DNA of 64,000 nucleotides from Bigelowiella natans CCMP2755 (lineage: Eukaryota > Protista > Cercozoa). The stretch is taken from NCBI GenBank assembly GCA_000320545.1, contig ADNK01002970.1:34466-98465 (forward strand), in the 5' to 3' direction. Position numbers and translations under genes: made by a program. The notes beneath the pieces are model-generated. The model saw only the letters and a list, made by a program, of their open reading frames with translations, searched no databases and was not told the origin of the DNA. Shown here one piece after another: positions 28,997 through 41,492 of this stretch (positions within the stretch are counted from its first letter, which is position 1; each line of letters opens with the position of its first letter).

Positions 28997-30587
28997 ATGG
29001 CAGAGTCCAAAGAGATTACAGTTGACCAAAGTAAGATCCAATCGCTCCAAATGGAGCGTTCCGTGACCGTTTTCCAAGTTGCCCCGGACACATCTGTAGA
29101 TTTGACGAGTTCGGAGCTGCTTCTCTCAAAAATTTTCGTCGAATTTATTGCAATGTAGGGAAAGTCTCACGCATTTAATCACCAAATTGTTGTGTTCTTT
29201 CTATCTCAGATTTAATGTTGATTGGACTTATTCTGCACTTCTATTCAGGACTCTCTTTGTTTTCATTGGATGTGGTGCCGCAGTGTCCACGTCGGTTGTA
29301 CTATTATCCATTCACCTGCGTGATTTATGCATGAATTATATCGTTTCCGACAACGAATAGCGATTTAGAAAGAATTTTGTCTCATGTGTTCATTTCAGAG
29401 GACGGCAGATTTCGGCTCTGCAGGGTGGGTAACGGGCGTCGCTCTTGCTTTTGGGTTGTGACACTAGCATTCAAATTCCTCCTTAATGCAAAACGATTTC
29501 CTCACCCTCCTGTCCATCATAATAAAAGCTTCGCAATCACGGCACTTGCATATTCTATCGGGCATGTCTCTGGCGGACACATAAACTGCGCTGTAACATT
29601 GGGACTCGTTATTGCAGGAGCATGCCCGGTACTACCTTGACGACGTCGAAAGACGCAATATTTGTGTATGTTGTCAATATGCACAAGCATAGCTAGTACG
29701 ATATATAATATTATACAACGAGTAACTGTGCAGAAGCTGATGATATCTGAATATTAAAGGTGGTCGATGGTCTTGTGATTGTTTGCGGGCAAATCCTCGG
29801 GTCATTATTTGGTGCAGGACTACTCGCTGGTGTATTTAGCAAGAAAATGGATGCCACCGGTGCCCTGGGATCTAACGCCTTTTCTCCTGGTTTTGGAGCG
29901 GTACATATTACATTCTGTCGTATAGGATTGAGAATATGACTTTCATCTACGATAAATCACTGCGCTTTAAAATATATGATGAGTTCGTCGTCTTTATAAC
30001 TGTAATGTTTTCATTAGGGTAATGTGTTCATTGGAGAATGTCTCATGACATTTCTTCTGTTTTTCGTTGTCGCCGAATGCGCATTACGTAAGCGTCTCGA
30101 CTTTAACCCCAAAATTTTCATGGATGGAGTGGGGTTCAATCCACCAATTGCCATTGGTTTCGCTGTCTTCTTGGCGCACATGGTTCTTATCCCAGTTGAC
30201 GGGTACTACATCGTTACATCATCTAATTGTCGTGTAAAGTTATTATCATCGTTACATCATCTAATTGTCGTGTGAAGTTATTCTCATCGTTACATCATCT
30301 AATTGTCGTGTGAATTTATTCTCATGGGGTATACGAAAACCTGCTGTATCTTAACCACTACTCTACATTTCCGTCATCAAAAAACATACCGATATCACAT
30401 GAATAGGTGCTCGATAAATCCCACGCGCTCTTTCGGACCGTTGGTTGTCGCATCAATGAGGGGACTCCCGAAGGGGTCCACTCACTGGGAAAACTTCCCA
30501 GTTTTCTTCTTTGCTCCTATGATAGGAGCTTCGATTGCAGGTTTATACTATCGCCTCACAAAAACTTCGCGTGGGGACAATTCATAG
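28997..30587 (+). CDS. Aquaporin / MIP channel with non-canonical NCA and NPT motifs
   Basis: Eight exons splice in frame: MAESKEITVDQ..., FVEFIAMTLFVFIGCG, GVALAFGFAI, SGGHINCAVT, GQILGSLFGAGLL, FIGECLMTFLLFFVV, PIAIGFAVFLAH, GCSINPTRSFGP, FFFAPMIGA. Confidence 0.95.
30209..30325 (+). repeat. 38-bp tandem repeat x3 just after an aquaporin splice donor
   Basis: CATCGTTACATCATCTAATTGTCGTGT... at 30209, 30247 and 30285; donor GT at 30203. Confidence 0.9.
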
Positions 30588-31313
30588 CAGTGCCACGAAC
30601 GGTAAGGTCTCGAGCTCTTCGTTAGAACCAAGAGGGAAAACGACACATTTTGGAAGAGAAAACATCTAAATTAATGCCGACGTATGAGATCGTAGAAATA
30701 CCTAAGCTCTCACGTAAAACTTACTCGAGAAATAATTAATGTAGTATCATCATAGCTGTGAATACCTGCATGCAAGTTGAACCGACGAACCCTGATTGAT
30801 TGATGGTGATCCTCACATCATGCTCCGCATACTTGTCATCGGCGCAGTACGCGCTACTGCGAGTATATTCATGCAAACAACCCGAGGCTGGACCTTTATG
30901 TTTATATAGAGTGCAAGTGATAACGCACAGATATCCGCATGCACACATGGTAAGACGAATGAAATGAATAAATTAAATTTGTTCAATGGTTATCCTCATG
31001 TAGCTGTGCAATGAAGCGGCTACAGCGCTAATGCACAAACGATGCATACAATATTTTAGTGTATTACAAATGAATATTATATTCCTGATTGGCTGCCGTG
31101 TGCATGGGCGCCACATAGCTGCTAGCTGTGTTCTACAAATTGTAGTCAAGTATTGCGATGATCAAAATTAGACTTTCACTGCATTCACGATTATTTTAGT
31201 TTAACACGATTGTAGGGAATTAAGATGCAGTTTTTTTTAATAATATATTAAATCTGAGTGCCGCTTGGGATATCGGTCGATGTGCATGAACGAACAATAA
31301 TTCCTTATGCAAA

Positions 31314-34300
31314 TTATGAAGCTAGTTTAACATTTTCTCCTACTACAGCCCTTGAATCCATTTCCATAATTTTTTCAATGTCTGGATTCTCCAGATCAAT
31401 TTCAAGCTGTTGTTTGAAGATATTGACAGTATCTCTCTTTATGACATCTGCAACTCTCTTAGTTTGTACTTGATCTCCAGGCAATCCAGCAAATGGTTCT
31501 TCGATCATGTGTCCAATTTCCTCGATGGAAAACAGAGACCAACAAACAGCTGCAATAGCTGGTACGGACCACCAATTTAACATTGGAACCTTTGGAGAGG
31601 TAGGAGGAGGAGGAGGAGGAGGAGGAGGAGGAGGAGGAGGAGGAGGAGGAGGAAAAGGAGACGAAGAAGTAGAAGCAGAGGAATGATCAGAATAAGGAGA
31701 TCACGGAAACAAAAATGACAAAAAAGAAACATGTGAGCGATGTTACTCGGAGTAACTATTTACACACTCACAACGCCATTTTCCCTTGTAATCTAAACAC
31801 ATGCTATCAAGGAAAATGCAAAGAAATCCAGTTATTAATTACCAGTACAAAAGGGAGTGTAGCTGACCAAAGGGTAAGATATCGACTTAAATGTCGAGAA
31901 TAGGAAAGTGGTACTGGACATCCAAGAATGCGCTCACATGCACCAGTCTGAGCAACAAGATTATTAACGTCTTCCTGAAGTATCTGTCTTTCAGGAAGTA
32001 ACTTGAGAGCCCCATCTTCACGCTCATCTGGGTACCGTGCTAATATCGACAATAAGGCACTCAGTTCTCGTCATTAACATCACAACAATCTTCTATGTTT
32101 TGCTGCTGTATTTATTAAGTCTATGCAACTTGGTACAGAAACCACGCACACACACAGTGAAATACACACCTTGTTCAGAAGCAAGAATCTGATTCATAAT
32201 GGATAAGCAAGCAAATGGCTTGGAGAAATAAGACTCGATTTCCTTAAGCTAATGGGAGAAGCAATTAGTCGAGGAGGGTACAGAAATAGCTAGTACCGCA
32301 GTACTATTTACTGTTGGCTAAACCAATTCAATACTTATTTATTTGATGAAAATTTTGTTTATCGTGTCAATAAGAGATATGTAGGGATGATAATGATGAT
32401 GATAATGGTAGTGTAGGTAGGGGGGAAACAAAATATCTGATACTTGGATTTCGTTGAAGAAAGGGAGAACATCATTTGCGTCGGAATAGTCTTTGACCTG
32501 ATGAGAAAATATAATTATTATAAAATTATATTATATTTGGTATGCTATTACTACTACCTTCAGATTTCCATTCCCTGTAAGGTGCTGCCTTAGCATATAC
32601 GGAAATGCAATAGTCATTCGTCCAAATTCAGTTGCAGCGTAGGGGGGAAGTGCAGTAGGTGCCTAATGGTATGGAGGAGGAGGAGGAGGAGGAAGGAGGA
32701 AGGAGGATGGGAATGATTATTACGATGATAATCAAACATTATGTAAATGCATGCACATCTACTGATATAGGGTTGCTTCTGCAACACTAGGGTCTATGTA
32801 GTGCAGATATTCATTCTGTATATAAAGTAAAATGACGAATATCTCAGAAGGACGCAATTACAACTATAATCTCTTTGATGACTCACAATGCGTGCTAGTC
32901 CCCTACAGTTGTCAACGACAGATCCAAGTTTCTTCCGTGCTTCCCAAAATCGGTCATAAGCCTGTAAAAGTTTCATGGCAAGGAAAGAAAAAAAATGAGG
33001 TGTATCATTATACATGTGTTTTATCGAGCTTACAGTATAACTCAACTCATTTGATAACAATGTAGTTATAATATCGAGTTTGTTCTGAAGCGCATAAGGA
33101 GAAAATGTAATTTTCATGTACAGCTACTAGTAGTTAATACCGAGTTTGTCCTAAAGACCAGAAGAAGAGATAATGCAGCGCCTTAATATAACACACTAAA
33201 TATCACTGCTTTCGCACTTTATGTTTGAAAGAATAATTACTGTATTAATTGCAAAAATACCTGAAAGGGAGTGACCAGTAACTCCAATGTTAGGAAATAT
33301 CTCAGGATGGAGCGTGTGCCATACACATCCTCCAATTGCCAGCAGAATATTGAACGATAGATGCCCTAATGAAGAAACAAAAGACAAAAATAGAGAAACA
33401 AAGACGATTTATAAAACAAAAAGATGGTTAGTGGAAGATACTGCGAAAATTTTTAAGGTAAGGAAGATCGCAATTATTCCGACAACCGTGTTTATTATTG
33501 CAATATAAAAGTTATATATTCTCTCTTCTCTTCCTCTCTATCTATTTCAGTCTCCTCCTTTTCAGCACACTTAAATATAGTGAGAGGGGGGAAGGGGTGG
33601 GGGGGGGGGGGGGGGTAGTGAGAGATTGGAGCGGTGCACTGATCACTTGTTGTTATTTACATCTCCACCCACAATATTAAAAAATATTCATTTCAATACC
33701 TCGGATGCGTCTTAGTATCGACGATGCTGGTAGGGATCGCAGATTCCTGGGGACACGCAAGTTATGATGTAATAATGAGCAAGGCTATAATGGAAAGATT
33801 AATAGATTTCATATTCAGGAAGCTGGTTATTTCGTGACAATACCTGAACCAATCATCCGATGTGTACCGCTTTAGCACCAAGAAAATTAAAGAACCAGTA
33901 CGTTACAAAAATAATCAATTGGAGAGTTCACGTTCAGTACGTTACAAAAATAATCAATTGGAGAGTTCATGTTCACGTCAAAGAAGCCAGACGATTTCGT
34001 CATTTCTATATCGTTACAACCAATTCGGGTTTGTTACCACTCCTTTGTTGATGTTCTTTTGTGGTCGCGATAATAACCCACGAAGCGATGATATCAGTCC
34101 ACTGCTTTTCTATAATTGCACAATAGAACAGTGTCGCTTTGGTCATATAACGTTCAATTATAAAATCATAACTCCGCCTATAGGCTTCCTCCAACGTTTA
34201 ATGCACATTACTAGTGCCAGCAGTACATATCTACCATAGGTCTTGCCACCTCATCTGTTCCAATAGTAGCTGAGAAAATCTTTGGTGATGCTGATGATGG

Positions 34301-34599
34301 TGTGGCTAATGGTGAGGGTCGCAATAGTCTTCCCAGCTTCTTTGTCGTAGTCAGCATTGGCACACGGGATGGCAGCTGCGGCACAAAAGCGGGAGCAGCA
34401 GCACTTTTTGTTCGAAGCCCTTGAGGAAAAGATGAGGATGATACTACTTGACCATTTCTGCCATTTGGATTTTCCGAATATAAGTATGGTTTAATTTTTG
34501 AGAAGGTTTTACATTTTTTCCTATTTTAATGACAAAATTAAACTACATTCACCCGGCAGTGGCCAGAAGGACAGTGACTGTTACAGCAATCCGAATCAT
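31314..34599 (-). CDS. Bestrophin-family (YneE/VCCN/BST-like) anion channel with bipartite plastid-targeting leader
   Basis: Spliced motifs LSLLLVFRTNS|AYDRFWEARK, GACERILGCPVPLSYSRHLSRYLTLW, IEEIGHMIEEPF. Leader MIRIAVTVTVLLATAG (ATG 34599) is followed by an S/A/P/R-rich transit-like exon (GLRTKSAAAPAFVPQLPSRV...). Confidence 0.9.
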
Positions 34600-35300
34600 T
34601 ATTTGAACGTCCACAATTCTAGGCCAAGGAAGATCGACTGCGCCTGATTGAAATGGCATTAGAGCAGCATGATTCCGACACAACCCCCTCCCTCCTGCTC
34701 AACCAACCTGCCGTACTTTGAAACTGGGGAATAATTGATGTAACTGTAAACGTAAAGAGGGAAACACGACCTTATTTGTGTGATGCGACAAGAAGAAAGT
34801 CACTGTCGCAAGTGAAAAGCGGATGTGTGGGACACTGTGCTCTCATACTTTTTCTTTTGAAGCACCCCTTCTGGCCGAAACAAAGCTATTTTGTTCCATT
34901 TTCCAGATAAATCCATAAAATTGCCTGAAACTTTGCAACTACGACAACTTGGTGGTCGGCCCATTTAATTCGAGTGAAAGAATGAAAGGGTTTGTTGTTG
35001 TCGCAGATTGTAAATTCCCTTATACAAGTGATTGAATATGGATCTTTGTCTTGTCGTACATGCGATCTACCACATCGTGTTTTGAGGAAGATTGAATTAT
35101 GGGGGCAATGATTACACGTAGGGTGGCTAATAAGTATATCAGCGAAGACTCTGAGCTTATGTCTAATGAGAGAAACGATATCAATATTGCGCAACAAAAC
35201 AGTGACTGAATGTGGCAATAATTAAAATGGGTTGCAGTTGTCTCATGAATATTGGGTTACCTGTGAATTACTTCTTACCATATCTACTGCTATCACATAG

Positions 35301-38063
35301 TAATGGATTATCCTGGCTATGTGTGGCCAGCTTGTATTCTGTGCTGTTCCGGAGGGCTCCACAACATAGTAAGTAGCTATGTTACTCGCGCACCATCTAA
35401 CAACGGCACGTTTTTATTCTTCACAAGACGATACGAAGTCACGATGATTTATTTTCAGGTTTATGCATTTGGATTCGGATACGGGCTAAGTATGGCTGCA
35501 AATGGGGTTACTATGTGTAAATACAATACTAATCCCCTATTTGGAAGTGTGCGTCGTCGTTGTCGTCGTTAAATCGCGAGGTTACATTCTCAAATTGACG
35601 ATAATAGCTTGTTGTATCCTACTATTGAAATACAATTCCAGGTGATGGCGTCTCTGAATTTCGACATAACTCGGTTTAAGTCTACTGGGTATACACATGA
35701 AACTAGTATATATTAAAAATAATACGAACAATACACTAGTACTAAATAGTTTATAGATACGTATTTTTAATGAGAATTCAAGAGACAATGATTGTTCTCA
35801 GTACTGCGTATTCAAAACATCTGTCCAATATTTTCATTTCTAATCTGAAAATGATGGTGTTTCGAATATTTGAAACAAAATTTTGTTATCAATTCGAAAA
35901 TTGTTTTAAGTATACAACCAACAATTGAAGCAGATAATGTTTTTCAGTGCAATTGTCTCTCGTGTCGGTCATATGTGCGGTTATATAGCATATGGAACAA
36001 GACTTTTCCTCTATCTTTATCAGTTAAGAGAGCGAAATAGTAGTTGTGATGATGATGTCGATGATAATAACCAAAATTGAAATTAGAGCCCTTGCTTCTA
36101 TCCTAGTGATCATCATTCTACCTTTCTGATGCACAATTGTGATGTTTAATAATGATTAAGACGGTGGGGGGCAGCGAGTTTTACCGAGAAAGCTGCTGAT
36201 ATTCAAGAAAGGTTGTGGGTAGCTGAACGATAGTGTGGTCTGAGCAGATAAGAATGATAGATAGGGGAAGAAAAGGATATGATGGCACATGCTGGAAATA
36301 AAATTGGTGAAACACAACACTCCGCTCCCTATTTCTTCCTCATGGAAATGAGAATGATAGAATTGTGTTTTATTCTTCTTAGAAGCAATAAGATGGCACT
36401 TTTGGCAAAAGCTTCCATTACACTATTTGTCGGAACCCTCATGGCAACATACCATGTATCAATATGACGTTACTATCATTTTGCATTTTAATGATGTTGC
36501 TCTCCATTCACCTCCTTCATGCTCTGTTAATACAGTGCATAATGTGCTAAGATGCCCTGACAGCTTCTGATAGGATAAAAACAAGAAACTATCACCACAA
36601 TCAGTTTGGCTTATACTTCCACGTGGTGAAGTCCAACAGACGGCCCTCGTCCATCACATGGCTCGGAATGGCAACTTGGATCTTCGGACTCGTCATTGAA
36701 ACGTTTACTTCTCTATCAAATGAAAGAAAAATTATTATTATGACCTTGATATTGACTTTCTTATCATCAAACACACCAAAGTAATAGACTTCTCATCAAC
36801 TGTTACAACTAAGTTGAGAATCAAAAAGTATGAATATTATTATAGCTTGAATCAAATCCTGTGTTATGTCATTATTTTACCAATCATAACTGTGATCAAT
36901 ATCCCTATTATCATCAACGAATCACACTTCTAATAGCATTACTTTGACTACTAGCATCATCATCCATTATCTTTTTTTGCTTAGTATGGCGGATTCGCAG
37001 AAAATGGTTGCAAAAGCTGTTAACCCTCACAAATTCGTATCCACAGGACTCTATCAGTAATGATAAGGAATCCTCATCCTTTGAAACACTATTAAATATC
37101 ATTATGATCATCATCGACAACACCTTAAAGATATTTCTCCAACATTGTCATGAATAAAAACCCAAATTAGCATCAAAGTCATCGTGTTCATACTATCATA
37201 TTTCAACATCTCATTATGGTTTCAATTGCATCGTTTAAAGAATATATTCTCTCTCTCTCGTAGGTTTTGTCGCCATCCTAACTATTTCGGTGAAATAATG
37301 TTCCATATTGGAATGTGGTTAAATGGGCTGCCAGCCTGTGAGTCCTGGATGCAGGTTCTAGTAAACAAACAAAATATAGTGCTGTTTCTCGTTTTTATGG
37401 AAGAGAAGAAGGCAATACACTAAGTGAGAATTCATTTTCGAAAGGTCAATGAGCGGTCATATGACGACTATTTTTACCTTCAAATGTCATCGTTTTATAT
37501 AATACACAAGCCGTCACCCATTTATCAAACAGCTTGTGGTTAATAGGCGCCACGCTACATATATTAGCACCTTACCATCCTCCGCTATTTAGTGTATTTA
37601 TTCAAATTGTGCTGTTGCAATTCGCTTACCGCCTTTAAGATCGCCTTATCTTCCATCGCTCCAGGGATGCTAACATGGGTACGATCGACTCTCTATATAT
37701 TGTTAATGACAGTTTTGCTCATAATCTTTGAAATAAGATAATTTAATTGTTACCTCTTATCACCTATTCGTCTTTGGTTCCTCTCTCTATTTCTATCTCC
37801 ATGTCTCTTTCAGTCTCATATGAATGTGCATATCATGTGTGTATGTGTGAGGGTGCAGTAGAATACTTTCGCATATAGCCGAAATCTACATCTACAATCC
37901 TCTTGTACTTCTCTTAGTTACTCACCACCTTTTGTTCGGTGCATAGGTAATGGTTGGTGCTGCTCGTCGTTTAGATGTCAGTCAAATGGCGAGCTATGGT
38001 AGTGATGCTTCCTTCAGAGCTTATGTTGCCAATACTCCATCGATATTTCCACGGATTGCCTGA
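35301..38063 (+). CDS. DUF1295 / steroid 5-alpha-reductase-like membrane protein
   Basis: Exons encode VYAFGFGYGLSM, YGTRLFLYLY, GLVIET|MADSQK, FVSTGLY|RFCRHPNYFGEIMFHIG, YVANTPSIFP; stop TGA 38061-38063. The true start is probably upstream (possible first exon at ATG 34653) and is not resolved. Confidence 0.85.
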
Positions 38064-39380
38064 ATCTGGCTTTATCTCGATTGTTGCCGTGCTATTACCA
38101 CTAAGCTATTTCGAAAATAGGTCAGTATTAGACAGGTTAGGCATGCATGTCTTCCATGCTGTAGCAATTTTTCTCCTCAACGCCGCACATCACTCATTAC
38201 GTGTCGAAAACATGCCATACGCACGCTCGCGTCCCTATGTGTTTATCCAGTGCAGTGACATTCCTAGATTAGATGATGGACACAACACACTAGTGCACGC
38301 AATGACAGTTGGATAGGCAGTGGCACGCAAACACAACAAGAGAACGCTCTTGCGCCCAAAGCAAAGCCGATTGTGAAAAGGTGATCGTCGAAACGCGAAT
38401 TTTTGGCGTGTTGCCAAGTTGTTTTGTCATGTCCACTGCATGAGCTGCCGAGCGCAATCGATGTGAGCGCGAAACCGGCGCTGCTAGGCTGCTGCAATCG
38501 TCAGGAGCGTCATGTGACAACTCAACACGATGCAAACCAACATATGCAACATTAGCGCTGTAGCCGCTGCATTGCACAGCTACATTAGGATGACCATTGA
38601 AAAAATTTAATTCTTCATTGCATCCGTCTCATGAACATGACGAGATGCGTGACGTTTGCGTTCACAAATTTCACGGTGATTGCACCTTGATGGCACGCAG
38701 AAAAGTCAAATTGCAAGCATTGCTGCGTTCACGTGTTCTTCCAGTCCAGTGGAGTCTTCGAAGTGGTGCGCACTTTGCACTTTGCAAACGGTCGTGTTTC
38801 ACATCATTCGAACTCAAAGGTGTCACGTGTTGACTGCAACTTCTCCCATGTGGTTCTGGCGCACATGGTTTTGATCAATGCTCATGATTTGTTCAATTTT
38901 CACTGTTCAATGTTCAGCTTCGCTTGCATCACATCGCTGTGTCGCACTTGTGTTGCAGACGGTGACTTCGAAAGGGTCAACGATGCACCCCTCAGACATG
39001 TCTGTGTTTGACGTCATGACGTTGCCGTTGTCTTTTTGGCTCCAATGTGTTTGGACAGGGCAGCAGGAACCAGAAGTGAAGTTGTCTTCGTTTGGATCCT
39101 TCTGCCTGTTTTTCTGTTTTGCACCTTGCCTGGCCTTTTTCCAGCCTGCTAGGCAGCTGCCTTCCTGCTTTTGGCGCAACGTGACGCGTGCATGCTGGCA
39201 CGATGCACATCACATCCCTGTGTCCATCATTGCGATCAAAGCCTCTGTGCATCATGGACACGTGACACGATGCACATCCCACACGTGATCTGGATGATGT
39301 CACTTGCACACGTTGTCCATTGTGCCAGTGTGGGCTTCAATGGCCACACGCCAGCCCTTCTCGCAATTTCACCAAACTGG

Positions 39381-40113
39381 CAATGAACGATGAACAATGA
39401 ACAAAGCGTTGATCAAATCTGCACGCGTCAGAACCACATGGGAGACAGCCAGACAGGCGTTTGCAAAAACCAGCTGACAACCCATTTGAGGAAGCTGACA
39501 TGATGAGTTGAGGCCAGGTGAACAGTCTGTCATTCTTTGGCACAGTTGGAATGTGTCCAGGTTGCAACTGAAACCAGTGATCGAAGCCAGACAGGACAGA
39601 ACCACGAAGAAAAAGCTGAGAGCATTGCGACGGGGAAAAAATGGATTGGCGAACAGCAGCAAAGTCATCCAGCAGGACAATGGCTCGACGGAAAGCCCTG
39701 TCGATTTCTTTGTCTGTCGAAGGAACACCAGAGCTGGCCCCCAGAGCAAGGCAGAGCTTTTCACGTGAAGACATGGCTGAGAAGGCACGCAAAGTGATGA
39801 CGTTGTCATTGGAATCAGCACGATGGCGAGACACGAGGTGCCGCACCCTGTTCCAAAATCGGTCTCTGATGGCAGACGTTCCTTGACAGGAGAACAAGAG
39901 GTGTTGCAGCCCTCGTGAGGCTCCAAAGCGAAGAACCTGGCCGTGTTGTGACGCCACCACAAGGCACCACAACGGGCTTGAAGTTTGAGGGACACACCAC
40001 GTCTGTCATGCCATTCATCAAGGTGCTTGGGGCAGCAAAGGTGGGCTTGTTTGCCAACTTCCCCAGAGCTCCATGCACGCAACTTGGAAATCGGCTCCCA
40101 TGAGCGAACCTCC
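39381..40113 (-). mobile_element. 5'-truncated, degenerate non-LTR (LINE-like) retrotransposon 3' end
   Basis: Frameshifted relic KHLDEWHDRRGVSLKLQARCGAL...NTARF...GC / LQHLLFSC...IRDRFW resembles the C-terminal CCHC region of LINE ORF2. It is followed by a 3' UTR and a (TTCATTG)n simple-repeat tail at ~39405-39381. Confidence 0.6.
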
Positions 40114-40684
40114 AAACAATGAACAATGAACAATGAACAATGATGAAGAACCACACTTCCAAAATGCAACAAGACACTTGCAGTGTGCGAAACGCAGTGC
40201 CTCGAACCAACTTTGGTGAGGACTGTCTGGTGAAACCAAAAGGAATGAAGAGTGGCATTGCAGCCACTCCTCCGTTCCTAGTTTCATTGTTTTCAGTGCC
40301 AACTTCAGGATCACGCATCCCCAAATCCTGTTGTGATGGTTTGCTCATGCTTGGAGATCACCAAGCAAGAACACCACATCTGCGAACCCCAAGAAAACAA
40401 TCCCATGGACCACACCTTCATGGTCTGCTTCATGCCCACCACAACATCCCCAGCTTTTGCGGAGACATTGCCCTCAATGGAAGGCATGAAGATGGAGGAA
40501 GATGCACTCTTCGTTCCTAGTCCATTTGGACAGCGAGCTTCGCAATGACCACAACATCCCCGGCTTTTGCGGACACTGGCTTCACGCCAACCACAACATC
40601 CCCGGCCCAATGGAGACATTGCCTGGAGGGCACAAAGTTTGAGGAGGACACCTTCATCCTGACGGGATTCATCCGGGGTGAACA

Positions 40685-41110
40685 TTGGATGCAGATCCGA
40701 AAATCCTTCGTTTGGCATCCAATTCTCCGGTGGCCTGCCCCACCGGTGAACAGGAATGTGGTGCAGGGATGAGGGGAAAAGCCACCCTCGTGACCGAAAA
40801 ACCCACCACCCAGTGCCATTTCGGCGAATGTGACTTTGAATCTTGAATGCAGATCCACACATCCTTCATTTGGCTACCGAGTCACCGGTGGCTGGGGCGA
40901 CAAGTCTGTCTACCCCACCAGTGACCAGGAATGTGGTTCAGGGGTAGGAGGTGATCAACCCCCCGCCCATTGCCGCATCACACCAATTTTTTTCCGAATG
41001 TGACTTTGAATCTTGAATGCAGATCCACACGTCCTTAGTCTGGCTGCCTTGTCACCGGTGGCTGGGGCGACATGTCTGTCCATCCCACCGGTGTCCAGGA
41101 ATGTGGTTCG
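40685..41110 (+). repeat. Imperfect direct repeats (about 180-bp period, 2 close copies plus 1 diverged copy)
   Basis: CGAATGTGACTTTGAATCTTGAATGCAGATCCACAC...GTCACCGGTGGCTGGGGCGACA...CCAGGAATGTGGTTC at ~40825 and ~40995; weaker copy at ~40688. A separate repeat ACCACAACATCCCC occurs at ~40438, 40548 and 40590. Confidence 0.85.
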
Positions 41111-41492
41111 AACAATGAACAATGAACAATGAAGAAAGCGTTGATCAAAAACTGCATGCGCCAGAGACACCGCAAACTGGGCAAACTAAACGTTTTATCT
41201 AGTTTATTTAGGTGTCGCATTTTCATTGTCGCAGTTGACAGAATGGAGGTGAATTTCGGGAAAGCGGGTGAGAAGGATCAAAGATCCGATCTATCGTAGA
41301 TAACTCGGTCTGCTCTGCAGATGTCCACAGAAGTTAGCCTCACGGGAGGTAAAAGCGATGGAGGAGCGGATTGTGATGATAATGATGATGATGATGATCA
41401 TGATGATCATGATGATCATGTTCTGACTCTGATCGTGTAGATCATCGGGGGCATGTAGAAACAATGCAGGTTTTGGCCATTGTTACTAACAG

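Larger units (their letters stand above)
38611..41180. other. TpA-depleted hypermutated repeat domain
   Basis: Reading by eye finds only 3 TpA in 38611-40870 (all CTAG, at 39149, 40278 and 40517) and 4 more up to 41180 (all CTA or TAG). TG, CA and CG are abundant. Confidence 0.95.

Noticed and set aside
34599-34653. 53-bp bidirectional promoter between the bestrophin and DUF1295 genes
   Set aside because: The ATG 34653 exon could not be spliced convincingly to the DUF1295 exons, so the spacing is unproven.
38611-41180. CpG-methylation decay or fungal RIP as the cause of the TG/CA excess
   Set aside because: CpG remains common and TpA is absent; those processes would deplete CpG/CpA and leave or increase TpA.
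38235-41226. Dense overlapping ORFs in all six frames
   Set aside because: Artefact of TpA loss removing TAA/TAG stops. The peptides lack Tyr and, apart from the LINE relic, show no family motifs.
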